64,000 nucleotides of DNA from positions 3,872,001 through 3,936,000 of the forward strand of contig OZ252100.1 in NCBI GenBank assembly GCA_965248435.1, in the 5' to 3' direction. Position numbers and translations under genes: made by a program. The notes beneath the pieces were generated by a model. The model saw only the letters and a program-made list of their open reading frames with translations, was not told where the DNA came from and made no database searches. Positions 1 through 10,819 of the stretch are shown here, in pieces (positions within the stretch are counted from its first letter, which is position 1; each line of letters begins with the position of its first letter). This DNA comes from Candidatus Latescibacterota bacterium (GTDB taxonomy: Bacteria > Latescibacterota > UBA2968 > GCA-2709665).

Positions 1-64
1 TGAGCCCAGCCTGGCGATGAATCTTTCACATCGCTGGGGGAATTCCACGCGAAGCGAGAAGCGA

Positions 65-997
65 ATGGATCGAACCACGCTTGGCAGAACGGGCCTCGAG
101 GTCAGCGTCGCGGGAATCGGCGGCGGAGGTTCGAGCCGGATCGGCAAGAGAACCGGGAAGACGGACCGGGAGTCGGCCGACATCGTCCTGAGGGCGTTCG
201 AGGCCGGCGTCAACTTCATCGACACGTCTGAGGGATACGGTACCGAACCGATCATCCGGCTGGCTCTCGAGGACATCCCACGCGACCAGCTGATCATCTC
301 GACCAAGAAAAGCTCGAAGGGTCGAACAGCCGACTCTGTCGTCACAAGCTGCGAAGAGAGCCTGGAGCGGCTCGGGACCGACACCATCGACGTCTACAGC
401 CTCCACAGCGTCTTCCCCGACGACTACGCGCGATGCCGCGAAGAGCTCTACCCAGGGCTGGTCAAACTGCAGGAAGCGGGCAAGATCCGGTACATCGGCA
501 TCACGGAGATCTTCAACTCGGACAAGGCGCACGACATGCTGAAAGCCGCCCTCGCCGACGACCTGTGGGACGTCGCCATGGTCGGGTTCAACATCCTGAA
601 CCAGACCGCGCGGGACGCTGTTTTCGCGAGGGCGATCGAACAGGACGTCGGGATTCAGGTGATGTTCGCCGTTCGCAAAGCAATGAGCGACCCCGCGTTC
701 CTCGTCGAGGTAGTCGGCGGGCTGATCGAGGCCGGTCAGCTGGATGCGGGCGATCTGGACGACGTCGGCCATCCGCTCGACTTCCTCGTCCACGAGACCG
801 GCGCGGTCAGCATTCCCGACGCAGCCTACCGCTTCTGCCGATACGAGCCCGGCACCCACGTCATTCTGTCCGGAACCGGCAATCCCGATCACCTGCAGGA
901 AAACATCGCGAGCTTCGAGCGCCCACCGCTTCCCCAGGCCGACGTCGACCGCCTGAAGCGCATCTTCCGCAACGTCGATTCCATCACCGGTCAGTAG
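65..997 (+). CDS. Aldo/keto reductase
   Basis: LGRTGLEVS, GVNFIDTSEGYG, IISTK, SLERLGTDTIDVYSLH and GKIRYIG motifs; ATG at 65 preferred over 17. Confidence 0.9.
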   Translation: MDRTTLGRTGLEVSVAGIGGGGSSRIGKRTGKTDRESADIVLRAFEAGVNFIDTSEGYGTEPIIRLALEDIPRDQLIISTKKSSKGRTADSVVTSCEESLERLGTDTIDVYSLHSVFPDDYARCREELYPGLVKLQEAGKIRYIGITEIFNSDKAHDMLKAALADDLWDVAMVGFNILNQTARDAVFARAIEQDVGIQVMFAVRKAMSDPAFLVEVVGGLIEAGQLDAGDLDDVGHPLDFLVHETGAVSIPDAAYRFCRYEPGTHVILSGTGNPDHLQENIASFERPPLPQADVDRLKRIFRNVDSITGQ

Positions 998-1193
998 GTG
1001 ACCGCTCGATTCGAATTCGCGGTCGTGGGGTGGGGATGCTCTCGGCGCATTTTGTTTTCTGAGGCCACGGCCATTTCGGGTGCCCGCAGAACGTTAGCCG
1101 AAAGTTGCTGATTCGAATATGAGATAATCCGGACTTCGGAGTGATAATGGATTCTACATAGTTATACACTCCGTGAACCCTGGAGCTCACCCA

Positions 1194-2165
1194 ATGAACA
1201 CGTTGGCCATTCCCAACACCGACCTGCATGCATCGATGCTCTGTTTCGGCACGGAAAGCATCGGCGCCAAAAGCACCGAGTCCGAAGCCCACGCGCTGCT
1301 CGACACCTTTGTCACACACGGCGGCAATTTCATCGATACCGCACGCATCTACTCCAACTGGTTCCCCGGAGAATTAAACTGCAGCGAACGCATCATCGGC
1401 GACTGGCTCGCCAACCGCCGTGATCGCGATCGGCTCATCATCGCCACCAAGGGAGGACATTTCGACCTCAAAGACAGAATCCCGCGCCTATCAACCCGGG
1501 AACTCGAACTCGATCTAGCAGGCAGCCTGGCCAAACTGCAAACCGACTGTATCGACCTCTACTGGCTCCATCGTGACGATCCCAACCGAACCGTTGCCGA
1601 ACTGCTTGAGACGCTCCATACATTCCAACAAGCCGGCAAAATTCGCCACTACGCCTGCTCCAACTGGCATCCGGATCGCATTTCCCAGGCTATCGCGTAC
1701 GCCCGGGAAAAAGGCTACACCGGATTTGTCGCTAACCAAATGCGCTGGAGCATCGGCAGCCCAAACATGCGTCCATCCAGTGATCCCACCGTATTCGCCA
1801 TGGACGAACCGACCTACGACCTTCACGTTCAGACCGGCCTGGCAGCCGTCCCCTATTCCTCTCAAGCAGGCGGCTTTTTCACCAAGTTCAGTGATGATCC
1901 CAACATCCAGAGCGGCTACGCAACGCGCGCCAACCGGGCCCTACACCACAGTCTCCAGGCCCTATCCCAGAAGCTCAACTTAACCATCGGTCAGCTTGTC
2001 CTGGCCTATCTTTGGTCCCATCCGTTTCCCGTCATCCCCATCATCGGCTGCAGGAACGTCGAGCAACTCGAAGATTCCCTCAAAGCCCTCGGTCACCGCC
2101 TGCCAGACGATGTCGTGAAGCAACTTACAGAAAAACACAACCTGCCATTCGTGCAAGAACTATGA
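1194..2165 (+). CDS. Aldo/keto reductase
   Basis: GGNFIDTARIY, IATKGG, LQTDCIDLYWLHRD, GKIRHYACSNW. Confidence 0.9.
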   Translation: MNTLAIPNTDLHASMLCFGTESIGAKSTESEAHALLDTFVTHGGNFIDTARIYSNWFPGELNCSERIIGDWLANRRDRDRLIIATKGGHFDLKDRIPRLSTRELELDLAGSLAKLQTDCIDLYWLHRDDPNRTVAELLETLHTFQQAGKIRHYACSNWHPDRISQAIAYAREKGYTGFVANQMRWSIGSPNMRPSSDPTVFAMDEPTYDLHVQTGLAAVPYSSQAGGFFTKFSDDPNIQSGYATRANRALHHSLQALSQKLNLTIGQLVLAYLWSHPFPVIPIIGCRNVEQLEDSLKALGHRLPDDVVKQLTEKHNLPFVQEL

Positions 2166-2238
2166 TTATTTTGCCCGCTGTACCATTGAGGACATACCGG
2201 ATACTAAGTCCGACTCGGGAGGTGAAGGGAGGGAAGAA

Positions 2239-2601
2239 ATGGCGAGAGTAAGGTACATGGTCGACGATCCTGGGGCGTCTGCCGCATTCTACGTCGAGCA
2301 CTTCGGTTTCGTGATCGAGTTGCAAGTCCCCGCGATCTGCATCGTCTCCCGTGGTGACCTGACGCTCCTGCTCAGCGGCCCCAAGTCCTCGGGACGCCGC
2401 TCGATGCCCGACGGACAGGAGACGGAGCCTGGCGGTTGGAACCGCATCCTCATCGACGTCGATGACCTGGATGCCGAGGTCGAAAGAATCAGACGGGCCG
2501 GAGTCCAGCTCCGAAACGAGATAATCGGCGGCCCTGGTGGCAGGCAGATCCTCGCCGAAGACCCTGATGGCAACCCGATCGAGCTGTTCGAGCCTGCGTG
2601 A
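2239..2601 (+). CDS. VOC/glyoxalase family protein
   Basis: FYVEHFGF, VDDLDAEVERI, EDPDGNPIELFE; RBS GGAGG upstream. Confidence 0.9.
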   Translation: MARVRYMVDDPGASAAFYVEHFGFVIELQVPAICIVSRGDLTLLLSGPKSSGRRSMPDGQETEPGGWNRILIDVDDLDAEVERIRRAGVQLRNEIIGGPGGRQILAEDPDGNPIELFEPA

Positions 2602-2834
2602 GTCTTCTGAAGGTAATTCCTAGAGTGTGGGGCAGATCGCAGCCCTGACGGAATTTCAGGAACGATTCTTTAGAGCTCAGGACATCGCTTTGAGCGGATA
2701 AGCCTGTCTGGCAGCCTCGCACAGCGCCGGTCCCGTCTCTGACGCCCGGAAATCCTGCTGGACTTTTCGGGGACGCCGCCTTATCCATACCCTGCCTTCC
2801 ACTCTACCGGTCTACCGCTTCACGGAGGAACACT

Positions 2835-3353
2835 ATGGATTGGGAAATCAAGAAACGGGGACGCGTGACCTACTACCGCAAGAAGACCAACGAGGTCTTC
2901 TCGGACCTGGTCGTGGAGGAACTGGACAACGGGGACATAAAGATCCGGTTCGTGGGCATGTCGGGTGCGCTGGCTGCCACCAACGAACTCGGTCTCGGCG
3001 ATGTTGCGAGCATGGACCCCACGAATGAGATCCCGCGCTTGTTCGACACCTGGGATTTCTACGTTCGCGAGGCGGGGATTTGCGGCGGGCTATCCGACCT
3101 CGACTTCCTGGAGGTCCACTCCTTCGGAGCTGCACCCAAGCAGCCGAATCCCATCGTGGATCCTGAAGGCTATCTGCAGGAGAAGAGGCGCATCCGTCAG
3201 GCCTATCGCGAAGCATACGCGAAGTACTGGAAGGAGAAGCTTCCGGAGAACGGGTTGCCTGCGCGGTTTACGGTCTATCTTGAGGAACTCCCAGACACGG
3301 AGGCCAGCTACGAGCTGTGTGCGACGGCCTTGTTGCAGAAATCGCTTCAGTAA
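2835..3353 (+). CDS. Hypothetical protein
   Basis: Strong RBS GGAGG and coding-like codon usage; no family recognised. Confidence 0.7.
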   Translation: MDWEIKKRGRVTYYRKKTNEVFSDLVVEELDNGDIKIRFVGMSGALAATNELGLGDVASMDPTNEIPRLFDTWDFYVREAGICGGLSDLDFLEVHSFGAAPKQPNPIVDPEGYLQEKRRIRQAYREAYAKYWKEKLPENGLPARFTVYLEELPDTEASYELCATALLQKSLQ

Positions 3354-3428
3354 CTGCTTTTCAGTTAGCGGTGGTCAGCCGAACTTGGATTCGGCGGGTT
3401 CAGCGATTCTACAGGAGACACAGTTGCG

Positions 3429-4514
3429 ATGAACGAACGGCTGATCGTTGCCCGGGGTGACGCATTCGAACGAGGGCGCGTTATCGGCGAAAGAACCGTA
3501 GAGCGCATCCGCAAGGTGTTGCGAGCGCAGCAGCAGGCCGACGTCGACAAGGATGGACTGACCCTGCACGACTGGTTGCGACAAGCGGAGGCATTCATGC
3601 CTTACATCCGGGAGCATGCCGCCGATACGTTGACCGAGATGGAAGGAGTCGCAGCCGGATCGGGATTAGCTTTCGACGACATCCTGTTGTTGGCCTGTGT
3701 CTACGAGAAACACATGGGGAAAGGCGCGAAACACTGCACCGCCTTCGCGGCTGCGGGGACGGCAACCGCGACCGGCGAGCTCATCTGCGGGCAGAATAAC
3801 GACGAGGCCGTCGAGCCCTGGGTCGGGGGAGCCATGGATGTAGTCGTCCACCACATAGACGAGTCAGGCCATGAGGCTTTGCTTTACACCCACCCGGGGA
3901 TCCCGGCCTACATGGGCATGAACTCAGCGGGACTCTGCGTCACGTGGATGTATATCGATAACGGGGAACGCGGACCCGGTGTGCCAACCTGCGTCCTGAT
4001 CAGAGAGCTGCTGCGCCACGCGACCCTCGATGACGCCGTTGCCTACCTGGAGGCGACGCCGCGTGCGGTACCTAACGACTTCCTACTGGCGCACCGCACA
4101 GATGGAATCTGCAACGTCGAGTTCTCGCCGCGTCAGTTCCGACCGGCACGCGATGATCTTGTACTCTGCCACGCCAACCACATCCTCGACCCATCCATGG
4201 CTGTCGATGACGTGAGCCGGGGGGACGAGAAAGGCACCACAAGGTCGCGGTTCGACTGCATGTCCAGGCTAGTTGAGGAGCATCGTGGTCGGATAGATGT
4301 TGCCGTTGGACTGCAGATATTGTCCGATCACGGCAACGCACCGGGGTCGATATGTTGTCATCCCCGTGAAGAGACAGACCGCCCTAGCAAAACCCTAGCC
4401 AGCATGGTCTTCCAACCTGCCACAGGAACCATGCACATCGCCTTCGGCAACGGCTGCGAGACGCCGGCGAAACGATTTACATTCGCGACTCGGACCTCCG
4501 CATCTGTCGTTTAG
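3429..4514 (+). CDS. C45 family Ntn-hydrolase (acyl-CoA:6-APA acyltransferase-like)
   Basis: H-CTAF autoproteolytic Cys, GQNND, GMNSAGL, HANH. Confidence 0.85.
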   Translation: MNERLIVARGDAFERGRVIGERTVERIRKVLRAQQQADVDKDGLTLHDWLRQAEAFMPYIREHAADTLTEMEGVAAGSGLAFDDILLLACVYEKHMGKGAKHCTAFAAAGTATATGELICGQNNDEAVEPWVGGAMDVVVHHIDESGHEALLYTHPGIPAYMGMNSAGLCVTWMYIDNGERGPGVPTCVLIRELLRHATLDDAVAYLEATPRAVPNDFLLAHRTDGICNVEFSPRQFRPARDDLVLCHANHILDPSMAVDDVSRGDEKGTTRSRFDCMSRLVEEHRGRIDVAVGLQILSDHGNAPGSICCHPREETDRPSKTLASMVFQPATGTMHIAFGNGCETPAKRFTFATRTSASVV

Positions 4515-4557
4515 ACGAATTCATGGCCATGAGAATGGACGAAGAGGGAGCCCGACT

Positions 4558-6663
4558 ATGGAAGAAAAGCACGTAGAATTGGGTAATGACAGAATTTCGC
4601 TCAAGGCGACTGCTGCTGAATCTGGGGTGAGTGTCGATCTGCGGAGTGCAGGAACCGGGTTCAGCTACGCAGAAGGCATGTGTGTCTATCGGCTGAGCAA
4701 GAGAACTGAAGAGGGTATCCTGTTGGGCGAGGGCCTTAAGGACGTACACCTCGATATCGTTGACCAAAAGTGCGCAATTGTTGGCAAGCTCCTCGGGCTC
4801 GAAGTAAGGCACCAGCTCGAATGCGATCAGAAGAGCCATAGAATCGCAGAGTGCATCTCCATTACCAATCCGGGAAGATCCGAAGAGACGCTCATCGATT
4901 TTGCCTTCGGCCTCACCAGACCCATAGCCAATTCCGTAGGGACCGTCCATCCGGACCTGCGCGACGACCGCTTTGTGGCGATTCCGTTTCGCCACACCCC
5001 TATGGATGAGGCGGATTTTGATCTCGATTTCGCTGTAGAGGATCTGATACGGACTCCAGGAAGAATGCAGCGGACCGGACCCGGACCCCTCGAGTATCCG
5101 CGCAGAGGTTTTGTAGCGGCGCCCTACTGGGCTTCAGAAGGTTGGGCCTGGATCAGGGAGGGTGAGGTTCTCCTGGTTGCCGCGTTTTCTCAAGAGCGTA
5201 TGTTTTGGAGCACAATCGCTCCTGAATTCGAACCAGAAGAAACATTTTTGCGATTCGGCGGAGCTTCCATGGCAGCCCTGGATCCCCACTCTCCGCTAGT
5301 TCTGCCGCCGGGGGGTTCTCTGAGCCTCGGTGTCGTTCAGTATGAGATTGCTCCGGGCGGTATAAATCAGGCTTGCTATGCCTTCAGATCACTGCTTGAC
5401 GAGAACGGCTGTCGATTTCCACCAGGTTACGATCCGCCGGTCCACTGGAACGAACTCTACGACAACCCTGAATGGTCTCTCGGTACTCCCGGCGCCCCTC
5501 CTGGAAAGCGAATGACCCGTCCCAAAACTTATACGAGGTCAATGCTCGAGGAGGAAGCGGCAAAGGCGCGTGATTACCGATGTGAGTCCCTCTATCTGGA
5601 TCCTGGCTGGGACACAGATTTCGGCACGCTTGTCTGGGGAGAACAGTGGTTGGGACCCAGAAAGGACTTCGTCGACGCCGTGCGCGAGCAGTACGGACTT
5701 GGGCTCTCCCTCCACTGCCCGCTCGCTACCTGGATGTCCAAAGACGGAAGGGGCGTGACCGATTGGTCTGAAGAATCCTTCCAGATGGATAACCAGGGCA
5801 ATGTCATTGATGGCGCGGTGTGTATTGGATCAAAGCAATACCTCGACGCTGCTGGGGAAAGACTTGTGTCCCACTGTGCCGACGGCGTTACGTTTCTCAT
5901 GTTCGATGGAAACTGGTGGAACGGCGGATGTTGGAATCCTAACCACGGGCATCCGGTGCCCTTCACTATGGAAGACCAAATCCAAGCCTGCGTAGACCTG
6001 GCAAAGAGAGTACACCGGGAGTATCCGGCGGTACTTATCGAAATGCACGATATGATCGCGGGCGGCACGCGCCAGAGATTCACTCCGGTATACTACAGGT
6101 ACGGTCTTCCCGGAAGCTACGACGAGAACTGGGGCTTCGAGCTCATGTGGAAAGCCATGGCCGACATTAAGACGGGGAGGGCAAGATCTCTCTTCTATTA
6201 CAATCTGGCCTGCAACGTACCGGTCTATCTGCACGTTGATCTCAGGGACGACAATTTAAACTGTCTGCTCTTGTGGTGGTATGCTTCGACCTGCAGACAT
6301 CTGGGAATCGGCGGCACTCACCCAGTTCCGGAAGTCGCGGAAGCACAGAAACGGGCGATGGCCACCTATGCTCGCTACAGCAGGTTCTTCAAGCGCGGCG
6401 ATTTCTTTGCCATGAATGAGGAGGTGCACATCCACGTCCTCCCGGACGAGAACAGTTTTGTGGTGAATCTGTTCAATCTAAGCGATCAAGAGCGGGAGAT
6501 CGGTGGGAGCATATCGGTGGAAGAAATGGGGATTCAGAAAGACCTCTGGTATCACGCCCCAAAAGGCGGTCGTTTTTACTCGGAACCAGGCCGGTTTACG
6601 ATCAGCCGTAAGCTCGGTCCGTGGTCCGCGGAGCTGGCGTTTGCCCACTCCATAGAGAGCTAG
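4558..6663 (+). CDS. Putative clan GH-D (GH36/GH27-like) glycoside hydrolase
   Basis: PVHWNEL, YLDPGWD (DDGW-like) and FLMFDGN in a TIM-barrel-like order; distant match. Confidence 0.5.
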   Translation: MEEKHVELGNDRISLKATAAESGVSVDLRSAGTGFSYAEGMCVYRLSKRTEEGILLGEGLKDVHLDIVDQKCAIVGKLLGLEVRHQLECDQKSHRIAECISITNPGRSEETLIDFAFGLTRPIANSVGTVHPDLRDDRFVAIPFRHTPMDEADFDLDFAVEDLIRTPGRMQRTGPGPLEYPRRGFVAAPYWASEGWAWIREGEVLLVAAFSQERMFWSTIAPEFEPEETFLRFGGASMAALDPHSPLVLPPGGSLSLGVVQYEIAPGGINQACYAFRSLLDENGCRFPPGYDPPVHWNELYDNPEWSLGTPGAPPGKRMTRPKTYTRSMLEEEAAKARDYRCESLYLDPGWDTDFGTLVWGEQWLGPRKDFVDAVREQYGLGLSLHCPLATWMSKDGRGVTDWSEESFQMDNQGNVIDGAVCIGSKQYLDAAGERLVSHCADGVTFLMFDGNWWNGGCWNPNHGHPVPFTMEDQIQACVDLAKRVHREYPAVLIEMHDMIAGGTRQRFTPVYYRYGLPGSYDENWGFELMWKAMADIKTGRARSLFYYNLACNVPVYLHVDLRDDNLNCLLLWWYASTCRHLGIGGTHPVPEVAEAQKRAMATYARYSRFFKRGDFFAMNEEVHIHVLPDENSFVVNLFNLSDQEREIGGSISVEEMGIQKDLWYHAPKGGRFYSEPGRFTISRKLGPWSAELAFAHSIES

Positions 6664-6714
6664 CCGTCAGACCAGCTACTTCTCGAATGGCGCGAGCACC
6701 TCGCACTCTGTTCG

Positions 6715-6865
6715 ATACCACCACATTGTCCTCAAGCCGGATGCCTCCCATCTCCGGGTAGGTGATCCCAGGTTCAACGCTGTGCAGCATGCCGGGCTCG
6801 AGGACCACATCACTTCCAGGACAGATCAGGGGCACAGGTTCGCGCAACCCGAATCCCAAGCCGGC
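6715..6865 (-). pseudogene. C-terminal remnant of an M24 Xaa-Pro peptidase
   Basis: GLGFGLREP..LEPGMLHSVEPGITYPEMGGIRLEDNVVV with no N-terminal part. Confidence 0.75.
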
Positions 6866-6905
6866 TCGGTCACACGAAGAAACTCGTCGCTAGGAGCTGA
6901 TGCGC

Positions 6906-7937
6906 ATGAGCACCCGAACAGCCGTTGTCGGCGCCGGCGCCATGGGCAAGGGACACCTGCGGGCGCTGAACGGTCTCGACACCGCGCAGGTAGTCGCGCT
7001 GGTCGATCCCAACGCCGAGACGCTGGCCGCCGTAGCGGCGGAACACGAAGTGCCGGCGACCTACGCCGACGTTCCCAGCATGCTCGAGGCCGAGAAACCC
7101 GAATACGTCGTCGTCGCCTCGCCGGTGCTCTACCACGCCGAGCAGAGCATCGCCGCCTTCGAGGCCGGCGCCCATGTCCTGTGCGAGAAGCCCCTGAGCA
7201 TGGACATGGCCGAGGCCGAGGCCATCGTCGCTGCGTGCAAACGCGCCGGACGGTTGTTCACCATGGGTTTCCAGTTCCGTCAGAGCCGCGCCTACCGGGC
7301 GCTCAAAGCCTTCGTCGAGGCGGAGCGACTGGGCCCCGTGTATCACTCGCGCGTCTGGAGCGGGCACATTATGAACTACCCGTGGGGTCGCTACCACCAC
7401 AAGAAGGAGTACTCCTTCGGCGGTGTTATGGCGACCACCGTCGTCCACATCCTGGACGCCGCCATGTGGGTCCTGGGATCGCCGCAACCCGTGACGGTGA
7501 GCGCCAGCGCCTTCCGCAGACTGGACAAGCTCCCCGATCCGCCCATCAGCTTCGAGGGCACCCCGGCCGATGTGACCGTCGAGGACTTCAGTCACGCCCA
7601 CGTGCGTTTCTCCGACGGCTCCTCCATGTCCATCGAGGGCAACTGGCTCATGCACCCCAGCGACCACCGCACAGGTTTCGAACTGCACGGCGTGCTGGGA
7701 GTGGCCAGGGACAACGGCGAGGCCGTGGAGCTGGAGAAGAAGAGCGACATCATCCTCGAGAAGCTGAACGTCGAGGAGGGGCCGGCCGATCGAACCGCCG
7801 CAGAGCACGAGGAGTTCATCGCCGCCATCGGCGGATCCGGCGAGCCCCAGGTGAGCTTCAAAGAGGCGCTGAGCGTGCAGCGCATCCTCGTTGGCATCTA
7901 CCGATCGGCAGAGGCCAGCGCCGAGGTGGAGGTCTAG
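6906..7937 (+). CDS. Gfo/Idh/MocA oxidoreductase
   Basis: VVGAGAMG, HVLCEKP. Confidence 0.9.
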   Translation: MSTRTAVVGAGAMGKGHLRALNGLDTAQVVALVDPNAETLAAVAAEHEVPATYADVPSMLEAEKPEYVVVASPVLYHAEQSIAAFEAGAHVLCEKPLSMDMAEAEAIVAACKRAGRLFTMGFQFRQSRAYRALKAFVEAERLGPVYHSRVWSGHIMNYPWGRYHHKKEYSFGGVMATTVVHILDAAMWVLGSPQPVTVSASAFRRLDKLPDPPISFEGTPADVTVEDFSHAHVRFSDGSSMSIEGNWLMHPSDHRTGFELHGVLGVARDNGEAVELEKKSDIILEKLNVEEGPADRTAAEHEEFIAAIGGSGEPQVSFKEALSVQRILVGIYRSAEASAEVEV

Positions 7938-7953
7938 GCATCCACGTCCTCGC

Positions 7954-8949
7954 TTACCTACCCTGCGTCGCCCGCAGCAGCGACTCCTGAACCTGCCGGT
8001 CATGGTCTAGTGAACGGTCCGGCTCCTTTTGGCCACGCAGCACAGCCAGAAATGATCCCAGCTCCAAATCGTAAAGCCGCTGGCGCGATTGTGGCTCAAC
8101 CTGCACGATTTGCGATCCGGCCTGATAGCCATCTCTTGCTTCTGCCAGACACAGCCGAATCGACTCAGCCGGTTCAAATGGCTCCATGATGATGGCGCTG
8201 CCCTCGGTGCCGTAGACCTCGAAGCGGCGGGCCATGGGGCGAGTTTCCAGGGCGGCGATGTCGATGGTGGCCATGGCCTGCTCAAATTCAAAGACGACCA
8301 GGGTGTTGTCGGCAAAATTTGGCACAGGCACACCATCCTGGCGAAAGAAGGGGGTCACCTTAGCTGGGCGACCCAGCAGCCAGACAATCTGGTCCAGCAT
8401 ATGACCGGCCAAATCGTAGAAGATGCCGCCCTGATGACGGCTGATGGTTTCACGCTGTTCGATGGTCAGCCAGGTGGACATGTGTGCGCGCACCGAAAAT
8501 ACCCGGCCCAGCAAGCCCGACTTGACCCAATCGGCAATTCGGCCGAAACCGTTGTGGTAGCGAAACATGTAGCCCATCTGAATAAACAGATCGTTTTCTT
8601 CAGCCAGGTCGGCCACGCGTTGCCAGTGCGTCAAATCATCGCCGGCGGGCTTATCGTACCAGACGTGCTTCCCGGCACGAATGATTTGCTCGGTCTGGGC
8701 CAGGCTTTCGTCGTTTCTCCCCTCGGAGGCGACCGCCACAATCGAGGCATCGCCCAACATCGCCTCGGCACTCTCAAACCAGTGAACCCCGGCAAACGGT
8801 CCAGCCGCTTTCTCCAGCACCTCCAGCCGGGCCGGGTCCGGCTCAAAGACGCCTACCATCTCTACCTCTGGATTCTCGCACATCGAGATCAACTTGCCGG
8901 CGGCGTGGCCATGTTTGGTGCTGTATTGGGCCATTCGGATGGGGGGCAT
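7954..8949 (-). CDS. Gfo/Idh/MocA oxidoreductase
   Basis: GKHVWYDKP, GYMFRY, GGIFYDLAGHMLD. Confidence 0.85.
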   Translation of the reverse strand: MPPIRMAQYSTKHGHAAGKLISMCENPEVEMVGVFEPDPARLEVLEKAAGPFAGVHWFESAEAMLGDASIVAVASEGRNDESLAQTEQIIRAGKHVWYDKPAGDDLTHWQRVADLAEENDLFIQMGYMFRYHNGFGRIADWVKSGLLGRVFSVRAHMSTWLTIEQRETISRHQGGIFYDLAGHMLDQIVWLLGRPAKVTPFFRQDGVPVPNFADNTLVVFEFEQAMATIDIAALETRPMARRFEVYGTEGSAIIMEPFEPAESIRLCLAEARDGYQAGSQIVQVEPQSRQRLYDLELGSFLAVLRGQKEPDRSLDHDRQVQESLLRATQGR

Positions 8950-9049
8950 GGGGTGTCTCCTGGATGGATAGTGACGATTGGCTATTGATAATTGACTTCG
9001 GCGATGAGTTGCGGCCGCCTGGGTCTGTCTGCAGACGCACGTTACAATG

Positions 9050-9977
9050 TCCGGCCTGCCTTGCTCTGGCGGTTTCAGAGGATCTGAGGAATTGGGAAAT
9101 GAAATCCCCTTTCTATGCCCCGAATGTCCATTTTCACGCCCTTGAATGCCCCGATATTTTCAACGCTCAAGGTCGATGGTACGCAATTTACACTTCCGAT
9201 CGACGCACATTTTATCGAACGGTCGATAAGATCACGGGTCCCTGGCAAGCGGTGGGACCCGATAGTGCCGATCATTATTTTAAAGGAATTTATGCCCCCA
9301 AAACATTGAGTGACGGACAACGCCGTTTTCTATTTGGTTGGATTGGGACACGATCGGGGGAAAACGATGATGGCGATCACGAATGGGGTGGCGATATGTT
9401 GATTCCGAGAGAGCTGTTGCCGCTGCCGGGCGGCGAATTGGCCCAAATCTGCCCGGCTGAAATTTTGGCCGCTTGCGGACCAAATCTAGAGATTGAAATA
9501 GACTCTCGGTTAGGACATTGGCAACGGTTACCAGAGAAGATGCACGGCCAACGAGTAGACGGTCTTGCCTATGCCGCCTTGAACAACGCTCCCTCGAGCT
9601 ATCTTCTGGAATGTTCGGTGACCTTTGCTCCAGGGACCAATGCCGCCGGGATCATGTTTCGGGCTCATCATAAGTTGAGTACTTGTCATTCCTTACGCCT
9701 GGAACCCGTCTGGCATCGAGTCGTTTTGGAACGTTGGGAGTTAACACCACGGAAAAACCGCACCACTATTTTGGCAGAACGACCATTGACCACGATTCCG
9801 GGCAAATCCGTTTCCGTCCAATTATTTGTCGGCGGTGATATCATTGAAGCATTCATTGACGGCCGTTCAGCATTGTGTGGTCGAGGATACGATTTTCAAT
9901 CAGGCGAGAGCGGCTTATTTGTGGAGCACGGGGAAGCGGCATTTTCCCATGTCCATTTACGACAACTGCCCGTGTAG
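9050..9977 (+). pseudogene. 5'-truncated GH32 family glycoside hydrolase
   Basis: SEDLRNWE, ECPD, YAPKT, GRRFLFGW, PREL and C-terminal beta-sandwich (IIEAFIDG); NDPN and RDP motifs absent; lower GC than flanks. Confidence 0.7.
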
Positions 9978-10154
9978 GCAACCACAATCTAGACCCGCAA
10001 CATATACATACCTAAATTGAGCGATCCTTCTCTCCTGGGGTGAATATGAAGAATCCACTTTGAAGTTTCCTGCTGTCTGTGAAACTCGCGAAAAAGATCG
10101 CGCCAAACCGTCGGGGCCGCGGTGTGCGACTCCCTTGCAGTGATGCATCTTGAA

Positions 10155-10274
10155 ATCCCCCTTTAACAAAGGGGGAAGAATTAACTTTCTGAGTAGAGAA
10201 TCCACATCATTTAGAGCAATGTCCCCCCTTTGGAAAAGGGGGGCAGGGGGGATTTATTTTAATGTCAATTCCTT
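10155..10274. repeat. CCCCCTTT..AAAGGGGG hairpin repeats
   Basis: Hairpins at 10155-10176 and 10222-10253; inverted copy at 63127-63174; related hairpins at 18773-18812 and 18903-18944. Confidence 0.75.
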
Positions 10275-10696
10275 CTTGTGGCGAGAGACTGTGTGAATAG
10301 TCAAATCTGAGCGAGAGGCCATACTGTATATTGATTTGATCCAAAGAAAATGTCTATATATGGTATCCGATAATGTGATAAATGGAGTTTTCACACAGTC
10401 TCGGCGAGCAAGAAAAGCATGCCCTGAGCTTGCCGAAGGGTAGGCCGCCGGAGGCATGATGTTTAGGAGGTTGTATTTCAGCACGGGAGATCGCCTCACT
10501 TGATGAGTGAAACATTGTTGACCATTACAGACCTCTGATGGGCCTTTATCATTACGCTTTCTGAAACAATTTCCTTATATCTTGAAGTTAAAACCGCTCA
10601 ACTTGGGACATATTTATTTTATTCAGTCTTCACATTCATCAATCGGTTTTTGTTTTCGCCGATTTCGGTCAAACATTCAGTCAAGGTGTCGAGGTT

Positions 10697-10810
10697 TCCA
10701 CGACAGACACGACACCCAGGAATATCGGCACGGACAGACAGCTTTTCGTAGACGACTTCTGGATCGCTGAATCGAACGGAGTCTCCCGAAGACTTCACTC
10801 TCAGCCAAGC
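10697..10810 (+). pseudogene. N-terminal remnant of a beta-propeller hydrolase-like gene
   Basis: Manual translation TPRNIGTDRQLFVDDFWIAESNGVSRRLHSQP matches the NIGTRKQLFVDD start of the five paralogs. Confidence 0.7.
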
Positions 10811-10819
10811 GTGCGACGG

